This document shows, piece after piece, positions 9,327 to 17,840 of a stretch of DNA of 64,000 nucleotides. Position numbers and translations under genes: made by a program. The DNA is taken from IMG/VR virus record IMGVR_UViG_3300043467_001216; one strand, given 5' to 3'. This DNA is from a virus (taxonomy: Duplodnaviria > Heunggongvirae > Uroviricota > Caudoviricetes). A model generated the notes under the pieces. The model saw only the letters and a list, made by a program, of their open reading frames with translations. It was not told where the DNA came from and did not search any database. Numbering within the stretch: position 1 is the stretch's first letter; each line of letters starts with the position of its first letter.

Positions 9327-10621
9327 AAGTTAAAATATTAAGTTCAAATAATAAATCAACTTGGTATAACAGATATTTAAATAATCAGATTATTGATGTT
9401 TATTATGACATTAGATTACCTAAAAGGTGTTTTACAGGAAAGAATGGTAACCATTGTTTATTTAATGATGATGTTGTCATCACCGAACTACCTGAATCAT
9501 TCTGTGTTAAAAGCTGCGATGATGGAATTAAATGGGGGAAATATATTCAATGGTTGAATAAAAATTATAATACCGATTTTTGTGGTCGGATATTCAATTC
9601 TGATAGACCTTATTATGGTGTTATTAATGATGAAGGGTGGGGCATTAAAATACCATTCGGAACGGAAATCCATATTGATGATATGATTAATCATATTGAT
9701 TATATGGAATCACAACAACATATAAATGGTGGGGAACAATTTTCAAAAGAATCTCAATTAACAGTTAAGATGGATAAAGAATTTGATTTAACAACCATTG
9801 AAGGAAGATTGGCTTACGCAAGACAACATTATCCAATTGGAACAAAATATATTCCATTATATAGTACAGGTAAAAGTTGGGGGGTACATAATATTAGGTC
9901 CATTAATTATGATATCAGATTACATCCTGAAGGGATGTTAGAAGGGATGTTAGAAGGTGGGGAAGGTTATATATACGCAAATGGAAAATGGGCTGAAATT
10001 ATTAAAGGAGAAGAATTTGATTTAACAACCCTTGAAGGTAGAATATATCACACCAAAAAACATTACCCGATTGGGACAAAATACATTCCATTAAATTCAA
10101 ATGGGGTTCCTTATAAATTCATTAAAGAAATTAATATGTTCCCCAAATATGGAAGTAGTTGTATTGAAGGAGGTTTTGGATTTATATATGCAAATGGAAA
10201 ATGGGCTGAAATTATTAAAGAAGAGAAAAATATGGAAACACAAAAATTATCAAGAGAAGGATTAAAAGAAATATATTCGGTCGCTTGTGACGAATGGCAA
10301 GGTAAATTGAAGAGTTTTGGATATAGAAATCCATTAGAAAATTATATTGATTTAACAAAAGAAGAAGTTAATGAAATGTTTTTTGCTTCAAATGATAAAC
10401 AAAAATCAATATTGTCAAAATACCTCAAACAAGATGATGGTAGTATTAATTTTGATAATTTATTAGGTGACGGATATAAATTAAATGAGCGACAACTTAT
10501 TGGTAAAAGAGTTTTTGGTTTGTTTAGTTATAAATCATTTTATTTAGATAATAAATTTGATTGGAAAATCCAAAAAGATGAATTTGATGAATTATGTCTT
10601 ATACCAACAAGAAAGAAATAA
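9323..10621 (+). CDS. Multidomain hypothetical protein with tandem ~70-80 aa duplication
   Basis: EFDLTTxEGR...HYPIGTKYIPL...IYANGKWAEIIK occurs twice. Confidence 0.85.
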   Translation: MKVKILSSNNKSTWYNRYLNNQIIDVYYDIRLPKRCFTGKNGNHCLFNDDVVITELPESFCVKSCDDGIKWGKYIQWLNKNYNTDFCGRIFNSDRPYYGVINDEGWGIKIPFGTEIHIDDMINHIDYMESQQHINGGEQFSKESQLTVKMDKEFDLTTIEGRLAYARQHYPIGTKYIPLYSTGKSWGVHNIRSINYDIRLHPEGMLEGMLEGGEGYIYANGKWAEIIKGEEFDLTTLEGRIYHTKKHYPIGTKYIPLNSNGVPYKFIKEINMFPKYGSSCIEGGFGFIYANGKWAEIIKEEKNMETQKLSREGLKEIYSVACDEWQGKLKSFGYRNPLENYIDLTKEEVNEMFFASNDKQKSILSKYLKQDDGSINFDNLLGDGYKLNERQLIGKRVFGLFSYKSFYLDNKFDWKIQKDEFDELCLIPTRKK

Positions 10622-10626
10622 TTAAC

Positions 10627-10664
10627 AACCCCAATGATAAGTTGGGGTTTTTTTATTATATTTG
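10627..10664 (+). promoter_or_regulatory. Terminator-promoter cassette
   Basis: AACCCCAA...TTGGGGTT, T-run, TATATTTG at 10657-10664. Confidence 0.75.
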
Positions 10665-10682
10665 AAGAAACAAATAAAAACT

Positions 10683-10904
10683 ATGGTTATGATTATTATC
10701 TCAATTATTTTGGCGTTCTTATCAGTGTTACTTGCTAATACAGTAGTGTTTAATTCCTTAATGGATGATTGGGGTGACGGTGATTTAAATAAAATAGTTA
10801 AGATTATATTGTTCATACCACCATTTGCAATAATCACGTCATTTGTATTTGTGTTTATTATGTTTTTTTGTTATATTGTAGAATCATTTAAAAAACTATT
10901 ATGA
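10683..10904 (+). CDS. Two-TM membrane protein
   Basis: Two hydrophobic stretches; ATG at 10683. Confidence 0.7.
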   Translation: MVMIIISIILAFLSVLLANTVVFNSLMDDWGDGDLNKIVKIILFIPPFAIITSFVFVFIMFFCYIVESFKKLL

Positions 10905-11170
10905 GTATGACCAAAGGAATGGTATTGAATTACGGACAAGCTATGAAACTTGGAGACATAGAAGATAAAATTGAATTATACGTAATGACTAACTATCCTG
11001 ATAAATCTTTCGGGTCACCGAATAATATATTGGGGAAATTCGGTAAAGAATTCTCCAAAACAACTTGGGGTAAATTATCGAAATTGGCTAAGACTGATGA
11101 GGTTTTACTATCATTAGTTAATGAGTTTAATGTAGAATTATTAAATGTGAAAATCACTAACGGATTATGA
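10901..11170 (+). CDS. Hypothetical protein
   Basis: ATGA overlaps on both sides. Confidence 0.7.
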   Translation: MSMTKGMVLNYGQAMKLGDIEDKIELYVMTNYPDKSFGSPNNILGKFGKEFSKTTWGKLSKLAKTDEVLLSLVNEFNVELLNVKITNGL

Positions 11171-12489
11171 ATTATACCGAAAAATATAAAGAGGGGTTTT
11201 ATAAACGTATTGAGAAAGAACTCAATCAATGTGAGATTATATATAACCCAAACACAAAAGGGATTTGGTTTGTTAACCGAGAAAGAAAATATTGGTTCCT
11301 TGAATATAAAATTGAAACCAATTACCTGTGGTGGAGATATGATTACTTCAAAAAGATTACAAGTTTGCTAGCAATGACTAGTGAGGTGTTTCAGGAATTA
11401 ATCTCTGAATGGGTGGAAAATAAACTAAATGCTAAGGTAGGTAGAACTGAATTACACAACTTAGATGAAAATACCGCGGTGCAAGACACCCTAAATTGTA
11501 AGGTAGACTCAACTTTTAGATATGGGAATGCCCCTCGTTTTGAGGTGGAAGAGACCCTAAATTGTAAGGTAGACTCAACAGTTTCCAGAGATTCATATTT
11601 ACCAATTCCGGTGGATGACACCCTAAATTGTAAGGTAGACTCAACTCAAGGAGTGGTTGGAACAATTAACCCCTGGGTGCAAGACACCCTAAATTGTAAG
11701 GTACTCTCAACGCAGTATCTTCTCGATTTGGAGCGTTCTGGGGTAGAAGACACCCTAAATTTTAATGTAGTAAAAACAGTAAGTATTAATAAATTTATTC
11801 CGAGGGATGTGGAAGATACCCTAAATTGTAAGGTAGACACAACGGGAATGGGTTACGGAGATTCTGCCCAGGGGGTGGAAGATACCCTAAATTGTAAGGT
11901 AGTCTCAACATGGGCGGGTAGAGAATTAACCGAAGATGAGGTGGAAGAGACCCTAAATTTTAATGTAGTAAAAACAGTAAGTATTAATAAATTTATTCCG
12001 AGGGATGTGGAAGATACCCTAAATTGTAAAGTAAACAGAGCCCAATGGTACAAAGATGGGAATGAATTACTTGTGGAAGAGACCCTAAATTGTAAGGTTG
12101 ATTCAATTTATTTTGATGAAAATGAAAATCGTGGTGTGGTAGAAGATACACTAAATTTTAAGGTAGATTCAACACTTGGGGTTTTTCAAAACGATGAAAT
12201 TTTGGTGGAAGAGGTCCTCAATTGTAAGGTTGATGAGGTAAATTGGTTTAACGGAAAACATAGAACACAGGTGGAAGAGACCCTAAATTGTAAGGTACTC
12301 TCAACATCATATATTCAATCATCGCTTCCTTTAAGGGTAGAAGATACCCTAAATTGTAAGGTAGATTCAACTTTTTGTGGAAGAAACACACGCTTCTTGA
12401 GGGTAGAAGATACCCTAAATTGTAAGGTAGACTCAACGTGGTCCCTATTAGATGACTGCGAAGATGAGGTGGAAGAAACATTAAATTAA
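11167..12489 (+). CDS. Protein with ~80-aa N-terminal domain fused to 16 units of 22 aa (VEDTLNCKVDST + 10 variable aa)
   Basis: 440 aa uninterrupted ORF; repeat variation is partly synonymous. Confidence 0.8.
   Translation: MNYTEKYKEGFYKRIEKELNQCEIIYNPNTKGIWFVNRERKYWFLEYKIETNYLWWRYDYFKKITSLLAMTSEVFQELISEWVENKLNAKVGRTELHNLDENTAVQDTLNCKVDSTFRYGNAPRFEVEETLNCKVDSTVSRDSYLPIPVDDTLNCKVDSTQGVVGTINPWVQDTLNCKVLSTQYLLDLERSGVEDTLNFNVVKTVSINKFIPRDVEDTLNCKVDTTGMGYGDSAQGVEDTLNCKVVSTWAGRELTEDEVEETLNFNVVKTVSINKFIPRDVEDTLNCKVNRAQWYKDGNELLVEETLNCKVDSIYFDENENRGVVEDTLNFKVDSTLGVFQNDEILVEEVLNCKVDEVNWFNGKHRTQVEETLNCKVLSTSYIQSSLPLRVEDTLNCKVDSTFCGRNTRFLRVEDTLNCKVDSTWSLLDDCEDEVEETLN
11412..12489. CRISPR. CRISPR-like array in frame within a CDS: 36-nt repeat, 16 spacers of exactly 30 nt
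   Basis: Consensus GGTGGAAGATACCCTAAATTGTAAGGTAGACTCAAC starting at 11412+66n (n=0-16); first copy degenerate, last truncated at the stop codon; spacers unrelated except two identical ones; no cas genes in window. Confidence 0.55.
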
Positions 12490-12546
12490 ACGAGGGTAAA
12501 TCTTACCCCTATAATATAAACGAGAGTAATAAATACATCTGAAATT

Positions 12547-12786
12547 ATGACACAGGAAGACGCAAACAACTTAAACAAAGAACAAGCAATGGAAGTGGGG
12601 AAACAACTAGCATTCCCATTACATACAGGTTCAGGTTATCCTAATAAAGGTATGACCAAAAGAGAATATATGGCAACACAAATAATGTCAGGACTAATCA
12701 CAAATGGTTACTCACCTGAAGATGCTGCAGAACGTGCAATCAGAGGGGTGGATTTATTATTAATACAACTAAATAAAAAACAATGA
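12547..12786 (+). CDS. Phage hypothetical protein
   Basis: AFP...GMTKREYMATQIMSGL motif common in phage early proteins. Confidence 0.8.
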   Translation: MTQEDANNLNKEQAMEVGKQLAFPLHTGSGYPNKGMTKREYMATQIMSGLITNGYSPEDAAERAIRGVDLLLIQLNKKQ

Positions 12787-12965
12787 TAACAATAACAATA
12801 CTTTCAACATTATACTCAATCTTCGGATTGATGAGGTTTAAAAAACTATATGGTAACTACGATATATTTGACCAAGACCCAAAACTGTGGTTAATGTTAT
12901 TAGTAATCGCAATATCTAACTCATTTGCAATGGGGATTTATTATACCTTAACATATCTACCATAA
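12783..12965 (+). CDS. Small membrane protein
   Basis: Two hydrophobic segments, ATGA overlap. Confidence 0.6.
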   Translation: MITITILSTLYSIFGLMRFKKLYGNYDIFDQDPKLWLMLLVIAISNSFAMGIYYTLTYLP

Positions 12966-13447
12966 TGAACCAACAACAAATAGATAAAGTAAGAGAAACC
13001 GTTAACACTCACGGTCTACCTAAAGCCATAAATTTATTCGGGAATAATAAAGATATTATCAGACAAGCATATATTGATAATCCTGAATCTTATCTTGATT
13101 ACTTAATTGATAACCTAGTTCCAATGGATGTTAGTGGTTATGTTAAAAAAGCGTGGACCTATTACTTAAAAAAGAATATATTCCTTATTTATGAAGATAA
13201 CCAAGATATTGTAACGGTTGATGATTATATATGGAACTATTTCTATAAAGGGGTTATGCAATTTGATAATACCAAAATAGAATCAATATTTACTAAATGG
13301 TTCTATAAACACATCCCCGAACTATCAGAGAAAAAACCAATCTCTTATTCTGATATGGATGATATTAACAGAAAATGGAAACACTCAGGACTGTTAGATG
13401 ATATGATAATCTACAACCATTACGTAGAGGTCCTGAGTATATGGTAG
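12965..13447 (+). CDS. Hypothetical protein, GG-helix module plus W-terminal domain family
   Basis: HGLPKAINLFG...; IFTKWF end motif. Confidence 0.75.
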   Translation: MNQQQIDKVRETVNTHGLPKAINLFGNNKDIIRQAYIDNPESYLDYLIDNLVPMDVSGYVKKAWTYYLKKNIFLIYEDNQDIVTVDDYIWNYFYKGVMQFDNTKIESIFTKWFYKHIPELSEKKPISYSDMDDINRKWKHSGLLDDMIIYNHYVEVLSIW

Positions 13448-13486
13448 TATCAAAGTCAATTGCCGATTATTTTAAAACTATTAACG

Positions 13487-13524
13487 TGGGGTAATGAAAG
13501 TTATCCCTTTTTTTATTATATTTG
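13487..13524 (+). promoter_or_regulatory. Terminator-promoter cassette (near copy of 3790)
   Basis: GGGGTAATGAAAGTTATCCC, T-run, TATATTTG at 13517-13524. Confidence 0.75.
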
Positions 13525-13550
13525 TTCTACACTAAAAAACAGAAGGATAT

Positions 13551-13742
13551 ATGAAAGGGTTTATAAAATTAACAACAGTTGCGGGTAACGAAATTAGAAT
13601 GAATATTAACCAAATCGGACATTATTATAATAGTTCTGATAAAGTAACAATTGTTGGTATTACAACACACAACAATGGTGGATTCAAGGTAACACAAACT
13701 GCTCAAGAAATTGACGAACTAATCATTAATAATTCAAAATAA
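13551..13742 (+). CDS. Small hypothetical protein (FlbD-like pattern)
   Basis: FIKLT...IRMNINQI. Confidence 0.65.
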   Translation: MKGFIKLTTVAGNEIRMNINQIGHYYNSSDKVTIVGITTHNNGGFKVTQTAQEIDELIINNSK

Positions 13743-13743
13743 G

Positions 13744-14076
13744 ATGAGAGAAGAATACGAATACAAGACAATGTTCTCCAAGGAAACTAACGATAATATG
13801 AAAGTTTTCCACGATATAACAGAAGACTGTATAGAAATATTAGGAGCATCAAAATATCTCGAACCATTCACGGGGGAGAAATCAGGAACACCATCCGATG
13901 AGGTAATGACTAAATATAACCAATACCTGATGAAATATACCAACGAAACTAATCGAGGGATATTAAGAACTTTATTAGTATTCGGTAAACCATATAAGAA
14001 TCACCCAATAGTAAAAGATACTATAACCATATTGGCCGATGAATTAAGAAAGGGGTCACATAACGGTTTTATTTAA
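13744..14076 (+). CDS. Hypothetical protein
   Basis: Operonic ORF. Confidence 0.7.
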   Translation: MREEYEYKTMFSKETNDNMKVFHDITEDCIEILGASKYLEPFTGEKSGTPSDEVMTKYNQYLMKYTNETNRGILRTLLVFGKPYKNHPIVKDTITILADELRKGSHNGFI

Positions 14077-14199
14077 TACAGTATGGAAACTAATTTAGTT
14101 AAAACAAAATATTCTGATGAAACATTTTATGTTCAGTATAATGATAAATTAGATATTTGGGAAAGGATTGATAGTACTAAATATTATCATAGCGATGAT

Positions 14200-14538
14200 T
14201 TAATTTTCATCAGGGATGTTTAAATGAACCTTAATAGTTATCCCATGATGTTTATATGGTGCAAACCCCTCAAGAGATAAACCTGATGTCATAATACGAA
14301 AGTATTTATGTATGTCTTTCCTAATCTTTAATCCAAAATTAGTTTCCTTCAGTCGTCTAATATTATTGTTGAGGGGATTAGTATTATACTTATCATCAAT
14401 ATCATCAAAGAAAACATCAATAACAATTTCTACTGTATCATAGTTACGAAGAGTATCAACCTCAATCTTAGTTGGGTTATATATCTTATCAATAAACTTA
14501 ATTATTACTTTCGATTTAGATTCTAATTCCTTATTCAT
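14200..14538 (-). CDS. Hypothetical protein
   Basis: ORF preceded by TATTTAT on minus strand (14544-14550). Confidence 0.7.
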   Translation of the reverse strand: MNKELESKSKVIIKFIDKIYNPTKIEVDTLRNYDTVEIVIDVFFDDIDDKYNTNPLNNNIRRLKETNFGLKIRKDIHKYFRIMTSGLSLEGFAPYKHHGITIKVHLNIPDEN

Positions 14539-14584
14539 ATATCATAAATATATACGATTACACTATTCGTTCCGTATTTAATTT

Positions 14585-15364
14585 ATGGAAAATAATTACT
14601 ATATTACTGATATGATTAATACAATATATAACGAGGACTGCATAATAACAATGAATAGAATGGAACCAAAATCCATTCATTGCGTGATAACGTCGCCACC
14701 ATACAATATGACCAAAAGAAAAGGGGGATATGCAGATAAACAAAATAGATACGATACATACGTTGATTGGAAAACCGAAGAAGAATACCTGACGTGGACT
14801 TCAATGATATTCAATAATATAGATAAGGTCCTAATCAATAACGGAACTATACTATATAACTTCTCATACTCAATAGAAAATCCCGCACTACCATACACAA
14901 TGATAGCACATATCATTAACAATACTCCGTTCACGGTGGTAGATACTATCGTATGGAAGAAAAGTAATAGTATTCCTCACCCAGCATCATACAATAGATT
15001 AAACAGAATCGTAGAGTTTATTTTTGTTATCGTCAGGAAAGATGAGGTGAAAACGTTTAACTGTAATAAACAAATTACCAAAACATCCCCGAAAGGTCAG
15101 AACTACTATGAAGTAATTGATAACTTTATCACCGCAAAAAATAATGACGAATCAACTAACCTTAATAAAGCAACATACTCATCAGAACTCTGTACCAAAC
15201 TAATAAACATATATACAAAAGAACAAGATATTATATATGACCCATTTATGGGAACGGGGACAACAGGTTTATCCTGTAAGATGAATAACAGAAACTATAT
15301 AGGTAGTGAAATTAGTAAAGAACAAGTGGAATACTCAATTGATAGAATAAACAAATATGAATAA
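14585..15364 (+). CDS. Site-specific DNA methyltransferase (N4-C/N6-A, beta class)
   Basis: ITSPPY motif IV before DPFMGTGTT motif I. Confidence 0.92.
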   Translation: MENNYYITDMINTIYNEDCIITMNRMEPKSIHCVITSPPYNMTKRKGGYADKQNRYDTYVDWKTEEEYLTWTSMIFNNIDKVLINNGTILYNFSYSIENPALPYTMIAHIINNTPFTVVDTIVWKKSNSIPHPASYNRLNRIVEFIFVIVRKDEVKTFNCNKQITKTSPKGQNYYEVIDNFITAKNNDESTNLNKATYSSELCTKLINIYTKEQDIIYDPFMGTGTTGLSCKMNNRNYIGSEISKEQVEYSIDRINKYE

Positions 15365-15923
15365 TACCGAATTAGTTATAGAACTGTTTAATCCCGACCA
15401 AAATGGTGTATCAAGATGGGTGAACAAATCCGAATGCGTGGGGAAATATATTACACTATTCCCAAAGAATGGAAACCATTGGTATAGAAACGTCGGTCTT
15501 AAAAAATATATATTCGAAAAACGTATTGTAGATAACGAAACCCAATGGAGATTCAATGGGTATAAAGATAACAACGGAACAAGAAGAATCAGAAAAGATA
15601 TATGGGATGAAGTTAGAAACAAACCCTGTGTTATTACTAATCTTAAACTAAACAACGGACACAAAATAGAAGTAGACCATAAAGATGGGAGATATCCTGA
15701 TGATGTACTTAATTTAGATAAACAAACTATAGATGATTTCCAACCACTATTAGAAAGTCTTAATAAACAAAAAAGGTCTGACTGTCTAAAATGTTCTAAG
15801 ACTAACATTAGATATGATGCAAAAGAAAGAGGTTGTTCAGTTTCAGTTGTACAAGGTAATATAAATTATGAAGGAACTTGTGTAGGTTGTTTTTGGTATG
15901 ACCCTAAGAAGTTCTTAGTATAA
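15357..15923 (+). CDS. IceA1/NlaIII-like HNH restriction endonuclease
   Basis: PDQNGVSRWV, IEVDHKDGR, DDFQPL, CVGCFWYDP match recalled IceA1/NlaIII family motifs. Confidence 0.8.
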   Translation: MNNTELVIELFNPDQNGVSRWVNKSECVGKYITLFPKNGNHWYRNVGLKKYIFEKRIVDNETQWRFNGYKDNNGTRRIRKDIWDEVRNKPCVITNLKLNNGHKIEVDHKDGRYPDDVLNLDKQTIDDFQPLLESLNKQKRSDCLKCSKTNIRYDAKERGCSVSVVQGNINYEGTCVGCFWYDPKKFLV

Positions 15924-16722
15924 AATATATATAGGGATTACACTATTCATTCCTAACTCCCGTTCCGTTAACACTCCACTACGTTATCCATTCATACTAT
16001 AACCCTATATATATTTTCCCCCCATTATAACTGTCCCCCATTCTATGACAAGACTTTGATGAGGTAATCTATCACAGGTTTACCCACTAAACAATGGATT
16101 TAAGAACACTTCACTTACGTGAAGGTATATGACATCCATTTAATAACGAAACCTTCTCATAGTGGTTTTATTTTAAGTTACTATTCTATCCTCCTATATT
16201 GGGGTAAACCCCATCTTACTACAGGATATATTATAACTTATTCTACTAAACCTTATAGTGATTTTATATATAGTCTCTAATGACGGGGGTCTTATTATGT
16301 CCCACTTTTTACCACTGACGTTCCCGTTGAAGTTATACTATAACGTCCTAAAGGACTGTCCCCCGGCTATACACCATAACTATCTTTATTCGCTGGGTTT
16401 TATATATACCTAATAAATTACCTCTAACACTATCATCAGGGGTAATAAATTGGTCCTGACACTATCAACAACTAAACTTCTAGTGTTAAATTTATATGAA
16501 TGTGGTAAGATGTGGGAACTCAAAACCCCGTCAAGCGTGGGGTAAAGGATTATCCCCATCGTCAAACACGACTGACATTCTGACAAAATCAAGTTTTTTA
16601 ACATAAAAAGTTATTAACAATTCCCCCCTGACATAGTGTCAGACTAAAAAGTTATCAACAGGGTGTGGGGATTTAATATGAACCAATACACTATTTAATT
16701 GTTCATAACTATATTTAATGAT

Positions 16723-17010
16723 ATGGAAATACTAAATGACTTCAACATAGAGATAGTAAATGAATCCCCAATATATAAAGTGGTCTATTCATTAGAGAAC
16801 TATTCAGGGACCTGTGTATATACAGAGACATCCCCACTGTCTAAACTTCAATCAGGAAACATATATCTATTAACCCATTCAGATATGGGGGATGTATTAG
16901 AATATATACATAAGAAAACCCCACTGTCTTCAGAGAAGTTCAATGAGGTCCAAATGGGAATCAGGACTCATTCCCTGACTCAACTAATTAATTTCTTTAC
17001 TCTACCTTAG
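16723..17010 (+). CDS. Hypothetical protein
   Basis: ORF from ATG 16723 inside control region. Confidence 0.45.
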   Translation: MEILNDFNIEIVNESPIYKVVYSLENYSGTCVYTETSPLSKLQSGNIYLLTHSDMGDVLEYIHKKTPLSSEKFNEVQMGIRTHSLTQLINFFTLP

Positions 17011-17162
17011 AAGAGGTCGTCGTCACTAACTCCAACAACGTGTCTCCTCCACCACAATACAAACCTGTGGTCTTCAGGTAGTCTCCCAACAATATACTCA
17101 ATCACTATGAACGATATGATTATCAGGGAGATAAGACCAATCACTATAAGAAATGTTTTCAT
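17007..17162 (-). CDS. Small membrane protein (51 aa)
   Basis: Hand translation MKTFLIVIGLISLIIISFIVIEY...WWRRHVVGVSDDDLF*. Confidence 0.6.
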   Translation of the reverse strand: MKTFLIVIGLISLIIISFIVIEYIVGRLPEDHRFVLWWRRHVVGVSDDDLF

Positions 17163-17214
17163 AGTTAAAATATAAACATTTATAGTGGGGGAATCAATTA
17201 TTATCCGTAACTTA

Positions 17215-17380
17215 GTACCGTCACTTACGGGAGTAGTTAAGACGGGCGGACTATATACTTAGTGTGGGGAGTTCTAAGGGAACCTGCTTATAACCCCCAA
17301 GTCTTACTACACTATAAGGCAGGTTGGAGTCTACCCTCTTAGAGATTCATTCTATCCCTGACCCGTCTCGGTATTACCAT
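17215..17380 (-). ncRNA. Candidate rod-like structured RNA
   Basis: Nested complementary segments; TATCTTTG promoter on minus strand at 17389-17396. Confidence 0.45.
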
Positions 17381-17840
17381 TGACTTATCAAAGATACAAA
17401 TTATTATCATACCACGCACTACATTCCCCCATCATAGTTATTAACATCTTACTAACTGACACACTGTCACCCCCAAGAAGTTATCAACATCCCCACTGTT
17501 AATAACTCCACTATGACACACTGTCAGGTTAATAACTCTATTTGGATATATCATTTATTTGACTTGACCCCCATACATAACGTTACAGACAGGGAGGGGT
17601 AATTTGGTTTAAACAGTCAGACAGGGGGAGATATACTCCCTACCACCCCCCTATACCCCTATACACCCCTCCCCCCTACGTATCCCCCCTCCCCTTCCGG
17701 CTATTTTGGGGGTCAAAAAGGGGGGATAATGCCTTTGAGAAAGCGTGTAACTAAAAACTCTAAAAAAATTTCTGGAAAAATTTTGGGGGAAAAGGGACCT
17801 CCTATTTAAACGGGGGTGTATTTATAATAAAAAATTATAT

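Larger units (their letters stand above)
14556..15953 (+). repeat. 18-nt direct repeats flanking the MTase-HNH cassette
   Basis: GATTACACTATTCGTTCC at 14556-14573 and GATTACACTATTCATTCC at 15936-15953. Confidence 0.7.
15924..17840. other. Largely non-coding control region (putative origin or genome terminus/pac region)
   Basis: Low coding density, DnaA-box-like 9-mers, TGACA-n3-TGTCA palindromes, C-tract then G/A-tracts, skew switch near 17700. Confidence 0.5.

Noticed and set aside
11391-12481. Minus-strand ORFs over the array
   Set aside because: Fragmented antisense shadows of the repeat, broken by stops in the spacers
11412-12489. Diversity-generating retroelement TR/VR or TIGR-type array
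   Set aside because: Spacers differ at all four bases rather than only at adenines, no RT is nearby, and each unit has one 30-nt variable segment rather than two short ones
15954-16000. Pentamer-like CGTTC/CACTC/CACTA run
   Set aside because: Too short and degenerate to call an element
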